Part shown: piece after piece, positions 1 to 6,759 of the stretch | Position numbering within the stretch: position 1 is the stretch's first letter | How the letters are laid out: each line of letters begins with the position of its first letter | Origin: an uncultured Candidatus Moduliflexus sp. | GTDB lineage: Bacteria > Moduliflexota > Moduliflexia > Moduliflexales > Moduliflexaceae | Length of the DNA: 46,266 nucleotides | Direction of reading: 5' to 3' | Assembly (NCBI GenBank): GCA_964498135.1 | Contig: CAZCGG010000008.1 | Location: 1 to 46,266, forward strand | Translations under genes and position numbers: made by a program | The notes under the pieces: generated by a model | Seen by the model: the letters and a program-made list of their open reading frames with translations, nothing else | Told to the model about the DNA's origin: nothing | The model's database searches: none

Positions 1-404
1 CTGAAAAAGAGGTCGCGCTCCAAATTCAGCCCTCTGCGTTTACGGTGAACATCATTCCCAGCGCGGGCTGCGCGGTCATCGCCGGGGACGGCGGCGTGGA
101 TGCGGTCGAACCGGACGGCATCGCCTGTTCCGGCGGCATGGCGGCGGATAATCCGCTCTGCACCGAGCAATTCAAGAACAGCGCGATTGCCAGCTTGAAA
201 GTTGTGCCAGAGCCGGGCTATGCGTTCACGGGCTGGACGGTGAATGGGGCGGAAATCTCGGTGGCGTCTTCGGATACGTTGTTCTTGACCACGATGCCAA
301 CTCTTGCGGGATTGGCGGATATCCTCCCCCCCGGAACAACTGAGGCGAATGTAGAGGGGGAATGCAAACATCAGATCGATATTTTGATGATGGCCCCCAT
401 GTAA
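1..404 (+). CDS. 3' end of a larger surface/secreted repeat protein (InlB-type B-repeat module); partial, continues upstream of the window
   Basis: Frame 3 is open from base 3 (EKEVALQIQPSAFTVNIIPSAGC...), so the listed 45..404 ORF is only the tail of a gene entering from upstream. It contains VVPEPGYAFTGWTVNG, the GYxFxGW signature of Listeria-Bacteroides / InlB B-repeat modules. It stops at TAA 402-404, just after the GC-rich to AT-rich switch. Confidence 0.6.
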   Translation, partial: EKEVALQIQPSAFTVNIIPSAGCAVIAGDGGVDAVEPDGIACSGGMAADNPLCTEQFKNSAIASLKVVPEPGYAFTGWTVNGAEISVASSDTLFLTTMPTLAGLADILPPGTTEANVEGECKHQIDILMMAPM

Positions 405-1093
405 GTTTAACAGGGAGAACGATGACAATTATCAACACCTTATTAAGCAGGCAACAAACCCTGAAAAAACCTGTTCACGTGACTTTTTTCGTGGAACATT
501 CTCGAATAACATCAGGATTGGGAAAAAAGATTCTCAAAGAATATATGTGTCAGTATCACCATGAGGTTGGACTACATGGGGCACATGAGACGGCCCACCA
601 CACGAAGCACCAGGATACAGAGGATCTTCAGACACGATTGACAACGATGAAAGCAGTTATTGCTTCAGAAGAGGCTGGTGGAATTACTCCAGCCCATGTG
701 AGACCGCCAGGTGGATGGGGGGGATGGACGGTGGGAACGATATATGCGAAGGATCAAGTTGTGCAAATTTATCAAAATGTATCTCTTGTAAGATATACCG
801 GTGAAGGTACAGATGGGGTTAATAGTTGGGGAAAACTCTATCCATCTCGCTGTGACCGGGATACCTCAGAATGTTGGCCAACTTCTGAAGATAGAATAGA
901 TTTTATAAATACTATAAAAACCAAAATAGACAATGCCAAAACTGCTACAACACCACCAAAACTTGTAATCCTCATGCATGATCTTCGTCTTCCTGATGTC
1001 AAAGATATAGGGAATATTATTGACGAAATTGAAACGTATGCGGAAACTCAGTCGGTAAGAATCAATTATAAAACTCTTGGGGAATTATATTAG
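362..1093 (+). CDS. NodB-family polysaccharide/peptidoglycan deacetylase domain protein; probably the C-terminal module of the upstream gene, separated from it by a 1-nt frame offset
   Basis: All NodB motifs are readable: YFDDGPH (TFDDG motif), HHEVGLHGAHETAHH (His-His metal motif), VRPPGGWGG (RPPxG motif), LVILMHDL (LxH motif). The ATG at 362 lies only 1 nt after a GAGGGGG run, which is poor SD spacing. The ORF overlaps the end of the previous ORF in another frame. AT-rich composition. Confidence 0.75.
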   Translation: MQTSDRYFDDGPHVSLTGRTMTIINTLLSRQQTLKKPVHVTFFVEHSRITSGLGKKILKEYMCQYHHEVGLHGAHETAHHTKHQDTEDLQTRLTTMKAVIASEEAGGITPAHVRPPGGWGGWTVGTIYAKDQVVQIYQNVSLVRYTGEGTDGVNSWGKLYPSRCDRDTSECWPTSEDRIDFINTIKTKIDNAKTATTPPKLVILMHDLRLPDVKDIGNIIDEIETYAETQSVRINYKTLGELY

Positions 1094-1105
1094 GAGGTCA
1101 ATCTA

Positions 1106-1966
1106 ATGAACACATCCGTAGAGTACTGTGGAATTTTCTTATGTATTTTGATACTGCTTGTTCCCTCAACTAGTATGCCAAGTGATTTAGCAATATCTCA
1201 GACATCAATGCCTGAAGAGGTTTCCCAGATTTTGAAGATGGCAAGGGAAACAGAAAATGAACAGGTATTGTCAACAGCCATGCATAAACTTGGTGAAATT
1301 GGTGATGAACAAGCAGCAATGGCGTTCATGGAGATTTTCAAGTCCAAGGTAGTTTCACTACGATTACGTCAGACTCAGTTTATTGCGATAGCATCACAAT
1401 TTCAATTAGAAAATAGCCGCGTGAAAGAAGAGTTGGTGTCGCTTTTACAAGAAATGCTCAAAAAAAATCCGGAACGATTGGATATAATTTTAATCACAGG
1501 CGCATTGGCAAAATATGGTGACAATCATTCAATGCAATATTTGCTGAATGAATACCAAAAATCGCAAACGATCTCTTCACAACAAGAAGAACATTTTCGA
1601 GATTATATTTTTGAAGAGTTATGTCAACTCAAGCAGATAGAAGCATCGCAATTTGTTCTGCAAGAAGTTCAAAAACGTCATGATGTTATGCTAACATTAT
1701 CTGCTATTAACCTGATGTCAGAAGCCAATAATCCCTATGCGCTGGAGATTGCCAGGAAATGTATTCACCTTGAAAGTGAGGAGTTTGATCTTATTGAAGC
1801 GCAACATTACTTGCGAGCGATTATTAAATTTGGAAATCTCAGCGATAAAGAGTATCTTGACCACCTCAGTAAAAAATCAGAAAAACTCTTTGGAATTGAG
1901 ACTGCAAAAGAGTTACATCCACTTCTTATGCAAGCATACGAAAGTATAAAAAATCGCAACCAATAG
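1106..1966 (+). CDS. Exported/membrane-anchored alpha-helical protein with PBS-lyase-type HEAT-like repeats; candidate immunity partner of the deacetylase module
   Basis: Strong SD (AGGAGG, then 7 nt, then ATG). Hydrophobic N-terminus (YCGIFLCILILLVPSTS). Repeated HEAT-like motifs (KLGEIGDEQAAMAF, ALAKYGDNHSMQYL). AT-rich and 12 nt downstream of the deacetylase stop. The ORF itself is solid; the immunity role is inference. Confidence 0.55.
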   Translation: MNTSVEYCGIFLCILILLVPSTSMPSDLAISQTSMPEEVSQILKMARETENEQVLSTAMHKLGEIGDEQAAMAFMEIFKSKVVSLRLRQTQFIAIASQFQLENSRVKEELVSLLQEMLKKNPERLDIILITGALAKYGDNHSMQYLLNEYQKSQTISSQQEEHFRDYIFEELCQLKQIEASQFVLQEVQKRHDVMLTLSAINLMSEANNPYALEIARKCIHLESEEFDLIEAQHYLRAIIKFGNLSDKEYLDHLSKKSEKLFGIETAKELHPLLMQAYESIKNRNQ

Positions 1967-2097
1967 TAGTTTCTCTATCAGCCATCCATCCATTTGGATA
2001 TTATTTCTTCTATATACGTGCCCAACCTCTTTCGCTGTCTTTTTTTCGGGACGCGCCGCCGCGTTTACCGTGAATATTCTGCCCTACTGGCTGCACC

Positions 2098-3483
2098 GTG
2101 ACCGCCGGGGATGGCGGCGTGGATGCCGTGGAAGCGGACGGCATCGCCTGCGCCGGCGGCATGGCGGCGGATAATCCGCTGTGTACGGAACAGTTCAAGA
2201 ACAGCGACGTTGCCGCGCTGAAGGTGGTGACGGATCCGGGCTATGAGTTTGCCTATTGGGAGATGAACGGGGGGATCATTCAGCAGGCAAGCGCCGAGCC
2301 GCTCTTTCTTTCGACGATGCCGCTCTTCGCTGGCCTTGCAGTCGTGCCAACGGACACGAAGACAGCGACGATACGCCCCTGTTGTCCATCGTTGTCCTTG
2401 CAATCGGTCACGTTTGCGGGGATGTCGGCGGAACTCCTTCAGGATGACGGGACGCCGTATCGCGCCACGCCGGACGCGCCGCACTGGCAGAAGACGGATG
2501 ATCCGTCCTATCGGCCGGCGCCGGTCGTGTTTGCGGCGGGCAGCCCGATCACCGTGACGGCGACATTCGCCGTCGAGCCAGCAGATTTTGCTGGGGACCT
2601 GTATATCACAGGCACGGGAACAGATGCTCAACATCCCTCGCATCTTGTGGCCTTGAATCCTCACAAGGCCACGCTGACGAACGGGATCGCGTCCGTGACC
2701 ATTTCCGCGGCAACGAAAAAACAAGTTGACATTTTTGACAAGATGCGCATTGACTGGGCATACGGGTTTGCGAAAAACGGCCAATTCAAACAGGTAACTG
2801 GTGTCAGCGAGCATCAGCTCTACATCACGCTTGCTGCCCCGTTGACGTCGCCAGTCTATCATACGCTGGCGCATCTTGGGTGTAAGAATGCCGCTGGCGA
2901 GATTGACGCATTGCCTTCGACCCTGCCGTCAGGCGAGGAGAAACGAGGCACCATTGCGGCGATTTGGGAAGAATTTCTGGATTTGAGGGTGGCGCGTGTC
3001 AGCACCAATACGCCCATGCAATATTGGGGGGCGTACTCCTCTCAAAACCTTAACCCGACTCCCCCTGATTTTTTTACCACAGCAGGCCTGCTTAAAAACG
3101 GAGATGGGCGTTGTTACGCCTGGGCCAATCTCTTTGTCGATATGCTGAACGCGCAGGGAATTGCGCAGGCTTCGGTAGAAATCATTCGAACCAAAGATTT
3201 CGTCTTTAACCAAAAATACTATCTGGGCGATAAATTTTGGGTCAACACCTTTCTTTCAGCTCAAGGCCCTAACAACGAACCTTATAACGGTCCATTCAAT
3301 CATGCGGTGGTTATGTTTGAAAATAGCTCGAACATATACGATCCCTCATACGGAAGATCGTATGCGAATCTGATGGCATGGGAGGATTTGACCGTGCTTG
3401 ATCTTGGGTATATTGATCAAAAGACAAATATCGGCTTTACAAATGCAAATACGATAGGAGATGAACAAACAGAAATACAATAA
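2098..3483 (+). CDS. Orphan cassette: B-repeat homology block + Ig-like middle + C-terminal transglutaminase/papain-fold Cys-His-Asp module
   Basis: The N-terminal ~130 aa are near-identical to the tail of the first gene (AGDGGVDAVEADGIACAGGMAADNPLCTEQFKNS...GYEFAYWEMNG). The C-terminus carries an ordered triad context: GDGRCYAWANLFVDMLNAQGI (Cys), FNHAVVMF (His), IYDPSYG (Asp). The ORF opens only at a GTG inside the homology block, with no signal peptide or SD of its own. Confidence 0.65.
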   Translation: MTAGDGGVDAVEADGIACAGGMAADNPLCTEQFKNSDVAALKVVTDPGYEFAYWEMNGGIIQQASAEPLFLSTMPLFAGLAVVPTDTKTATIRPCCPSLSLQSVTFAGMSAELLQDDGTPYRATPDAPHWQKTDDPSYRPAPVVFAAGSPITVTATFAVEPADFAGDLYITGTGTDAQHPSHLVALNPHKATLTNGIASVTISAATKKQVDIFDKMRIDWAYGFAKNGQFKQVTGVSEHQLYITLAAPLTSPVYHTLAHLGCKNAAGEIDALPSTLPSGEEKRGTIAAIWEEFLDLRVARVSTNTPMQYWGAYSSQNLNPTPPDFFTTAGLLKNGDGRCYAWANLFVDMLNAQGIAQASVEIIRTKDFVFNQKYYLGDKFWVNTFLSAQGPNNEPYNGPFNHAVVMFENSSNIYDPSYGRSYANLMAWEDLTVLDLGYIDQKTNIGFTNANTIGDEQTEIQ

Positions 3484-3528
3484 GAATGTGTTTCTGAACA
3501 CCTCTCTTATGCCTGAAAGGAGGATGCA

Positions 3529-4287
3529 ATGAAATCTTTGAGTCTTGTGATGTGTGCTGCTATGGTGTTAATAGGGGCTCTCGAGGGGGACGCCTGTAGG
3601 AAAGAGGAGACTAAAACGATTTTTTCAGAATCATTTCCGGAGTTATCTCTGGTAATGAGGTTGGCCGAACAGTGTGTTGAAAAGCCAGCACCCAAGAGGC
3701 TCGAGGGAAAGGGGGATGATGGTTGGGTGTCAGCGCTGTTGAAGAGAAACGCCCTGTCCGCCCAATTAGAAGAGGCGGACATCCCCATATGGACGACTTG
3801 GGCAATGGTGGATTTTCAGAGTTTTTTTTACAAACCGATGGATTCTATCTATATCTTAACGTTGATACGTGAGGGGAATGTAGAGACGGTTTGGACCAGA
3901 AGAATATTCGGTACTGATGCTCTCCCCAGTACCTGGCCGGTTCCTTTCTATGTCGGCGATGTCGTGCAGCAACAAAACACCGTGTGGGTCTTTTTTTGGA
4001 AGGAGCCGTATTATTATTTAGACAGACAAGAAAAACAGCATGGGGAATGGAACAAGACGGCCTCTCTGCGACTTGAGCGTCCATATGCGAATGAAACACA
4101 TGCGACAATTCTCGTTGATGGGGAACACGTTGGTGTCACGTTGATTCTGGAGAACGCCACCTATGAACCTCATTCCGCAACGCTCGCTGCTGGAGAACAG
4201 CCTGGCGTCAAATTGACATTGCAGGACGGAACGGAAGAATATTGGCGGCTTGAAGGCGAGCACTTGGTGAAAGAAGCGCAGAAGTAA
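3529..4287 (+). CDS. Secreted protein of unknown family; candidate immunity partner of the Cys-His-Asp module
   Basis: SD AGGAGG upstream of the ATG. N-terminal signal-like segment MKSLSLVMCAAMVLIGALEGDAC. Lies 45 nt downstream of the preceding gene and is followed by a clean terminator. I recognise no motifs. Confidence 0.55.
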   Translation: MKSLSLVMCAAMVLIGALEGDACRKEETKTIFSESFPELSLVMRLAEQCVEKPAPKRLEGKGDDGWVSALLKRNALSAQLEEADIPIWTTWAMVDFQSFFYKPMDSIYILTLIREGNVETVWTRRIFGTDALPSTWPVPFYVGDVVQQQNTVWVFFWKEPYYYLDRQEKQHGEWNKTASLRLERPYANETHATILVDGEHVGVTLILENATYEPHSATLAAGEQPGVKLTLQDGTEEYWRLEGEHLVKEAQK

Positions 4288-4313
4288 CCTAAAAACATCC
4301 ACATTTCATTGCA

Positions 4314-4338
4314 GGCGGGCCATTGGCCCGCCTTTTTT
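4314..4338 (+). terminator. Rho-independent terminator closing cassette 2
   Basis: GGCGGGCC / att / GGCCCGCC stem followed by a T6 run. Confidence 0.7.
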
Positions 4339-4363
4339 CGTGCCTGTTTTTTGACCTCATAAA

Positions 4364-4773
4364 GAACATCGTCCCCAGCGCGGGCTGCGCGGTCATCGCC
4401 GGGGATGTCGGCGTGGATGCCGTGGAAGCGGACGGCATTGCCTGCGCCGGCGGCATGGCGGCGGATAATCCGCTCTGCACCGAGCAATTCAAGAACAGCG
4501 ACGTTGCCGCGCTGAAAGTCGTGCCGGAGGCGGGCTATGAGTTTGTCTATTGGGAGATGAACGGGGGGATCATTCAGCAGGCGAGCGCCGAGCCGCTCTT
4601 TCTTTCAACCATGCCGCTCTTCGCGGGCCTTGTCGTCGTGCCGACCTCACGGGTCGCAACGATGACAGCGCGCTGCCTCTCCGTCACGCTGCAATCCGTC
4701 GCGTTTGCCGGCATGCCCGCCGACGTCGTGAAGGATGACGGGACGCCGTATCGCGCCATGCCGGACGCGCCGC
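4364..4773 (+). pseudogene. Third, truncated copy of the B-repeat homology block (orphan stub with no downstream toxin or partner module)
   Basis: About 410 nt track copy 2 (2098-2483) through ...DDGTPYRAMPDAP. The reading frame then runs into non-homologous low-complexity sequence. There is no credible start: the listed ORF 4323..5189 begins inside the preceding terminator. Confidence 0.6.
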
Positions 4774-5169
4774 TCTTAGGTGTCTCAATGCCAAAGGCAA
4801 AACCATGGAGGCCGAATGCGTCACGTCCTCATGTCTTTCCCTGTCCTGCGCCATCTTATTCCATTTTCCCGAAACAATTCTCTTGCCAATTTTTTTGCGC
4901 TGAAATAAGAGAACGTTGTCATTGTTGCGTTGTTGGAGAGTGGTCTTATGAACGAACTCGCATCTTCATGGTTCGACTCCACGCCATGACCGGTCATCCT
5001 AAGCCAAGTCGAGAGATGCGTTGGCCAATCAGTTTGATTTCTGCCACTCTCCCGTTTCGGAGAGCATTTTCCCCACATTTCAACCAATGCAGGTGTTCTG
5101 AGGTGAGTTGCGCCACCCTCGTTTCTTTTCGAAACGCAACATCATCTATGGAATTTCCTCGGTCGCCTT

Positions 5170-6612
5170 ATGAAAAACAGGGTTCTTGACGTTCTCAGGT
5201 GGCTCTTGTCGAGCATGATGCTGTTCTGCGCGATGCCCGCTTCTGCCGCCGACATGGCCGTCGAATGGTGGCAAAACGCTGCTGCGCCGTACAAAGGAAA
5301 CGTTATCCATGTTGTCAGCGAGGAAAGTCCGCCCTCAGTTTACATGCGCGACAAGTTAGCCCCGGCATTCGAAGCCTTGACCGGCATCAACGTCGCGTTC
5401 GAGACCGTCTCGTGGGCGGATGCTTTCGAACGAGGGATTCAAGATATGGCGACCGGATCGGGGCTGCTTGATGCGGTCTATGTCGAACAGGACATCGTGT
5501 ATGCCTATCTCGCGCAAAAATATCTTGCCAATATCAGCCAGCTTTTCCGCGATCACCCGGAATTGGCCTCGCCGGATTTTCATTTCGAAGATTTTACCTC
5601 GTTCCTGAATTATTACAAAGACCCAACCTCCGGCGACGTGTTCGGCATGCCGTTTGAGGCGTTCACGAAATTTTACGTGTATCGCAAGGATTTGTTTGCG
5701 GATGCCGATATTCAAAAGGCGTTTCAAGCCGAATACGGCGAGCCGCTCGCGCCCGCCGAAACGATTGACCAATACCGAAAGATCGCCGCATTTTTCACGA
5801 AATGGGGCAAAGATCATTCCCTCGAATTATGGGGCGCGACGGTGCAAGGAAAGCTTGAGCATGGCTCGGTTTGGAGTGAATTCACGGAGACGATCCTGCC
5901 GATTTTCGGCATCTACCAGTGGGGGCTCAATATGGAAACGAAAGGCGCGTCGGTCGCGAAGGGGGGCAGCCTGAACAGCGACACCGCCAAAGCCGCGCTG
6001 CAATTTTGGCTTGACATGCTGCAATATGCGCCGCCGGAAGCGCTCATGAGCACGTGGGATGAAGTCGCGTTCAGCCTTGCCGCCGGCCGCGCAGCGCAAG
6101 GGTTCATTTACGGCGATCAAATCCCAAAAGTAATGGATCCGGCCACATCGAAAGTAATCGGCAAGTTAGGCTATGCTCTGCCGCCGATGATGCCGGGCGT
6201 ATTAGACGACGCCAATGCCGGGAAAGGCTATATCGGTTATTATGACGGCGGCGCGTTAAGCATTCCGCATTGTTCGAAAAATAAAGAGGCCGCGCTCCTG
6301 TTTTTGCAATATATCGGGCAGCCGTCAGTTCAAGCGGATTGGGCGGTGGAAACCGGGCGCGTCGTGCATCAAGCCACCTTCGACGATCCGCAGATACTCT
6401 CCAAAGATCAGGAAGTGGGCGGATATTTCGCGCTCATGCGTGACAATGGGCATCTGTTTGCCGGAGCGCCGCCATTTCCCGAGCATGCGGAACTTCGGGA
6501 AACGGCTGTTCCCTTTATTTGGCAGGCATTGGCTGGACAGTTAAGCGCCGAACAAGCCCTTGATCAAGCGGCGGAAGCAGTTGATCAATTCTTTGCTAAA
6601 GAGGGCGAATAA
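5170..6612 (+). CDS. ABC transporter substrate-binding protein (family 1, sugar type)
   Basis: Signal peptide (LLSSMMLFCAMPASAAD). Overall family-1 SBP pattern and length (480 aa). No cognate permease or ATPase genes are adjacent. Confidence 0.8.
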   Translation: MKNRVLDVLRWLLSSMMLFCAMPASAADMAVEWWQNAAAPYKGNVIHVVSEESPPSVYMRDKLAPAFEALTGINVAFETVSWADAFERGIQDMATGSGLLDAVYVEQDIVYAYLAQKYLANISQLFRDHPELASPDFHFEDFTSFLNYYKDPTSGDVFGMPFEAFTKFYVYRKDLFADADIQKAFQAEYGEPLAPAETIDQYRKIAAFFTKWGKDHSLELWGATVQGKLEHGSVWSEFTETILPIFGIYQWGLNMETKGASVAKGGSLNSDTAKAALQFWLDMLQYAPPEALMSTWDEVAFSLAAGRAAQGFIYGDQIPKVMDPATSKVIGKLGYALPPMMPGVLDDANAGKGYIGYYDGGALSIPHCSKNKEAALLFLQYIGQPSVQADWAVETGRVVHQATFDDPQILSKDQEVGGYFALMRDNGHLFAGAPPFPEHAELRETAVPFIWQALAGQLSAEQALDQAAEAVDQFFAKEGE

Positions 6613-6707
6613 ACACGCGGTGTTGTCTCCCGCCAAGATGTGACGTCCGTATTCTCTCACCTTGCGTAGCTTTTTCAGGGTGAAATGGTGTTTATTGTTC
6701 CCAAAAA

Positions 6708-6740
6708 ATCGCCGCCGTGTTTTCGTCAGACGGCGGCGAT
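6708..6740 (+). terminator. Hairpin terminator after the SBP gene
   Basis: Perfect 11-bp stem ATCGCCGCCGT / ACGGCGGCGAT, followed by gcaatttt. It lies inside the 5' extension of the listed ORF 6685..9183, which argues for the downstream ATG at 6760. Confidence 0.5.
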
Positions 6741-6759
6741 GCAATTTTCGCGGCTCGAC

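Noticed and set aside
36-4773. Whether the three homology blocks are template/variable repeats of a diversity-generating retroelement
   Set aside because: Differences between copies are not confined to adenine positions. The copies are 280-410 nt with patchy identity, and no reverse transcriptase gene is present.
4776-5169. Possible remnant of a third tip/immunity cassette or a small gene between the stub and the SBP gene
   Set aside because: All frames are broken by stops within short distances. The listed ORFs (the 4323-5189 tail and 4821-5087) have no motifs or SD. Treated as decayed spacer.
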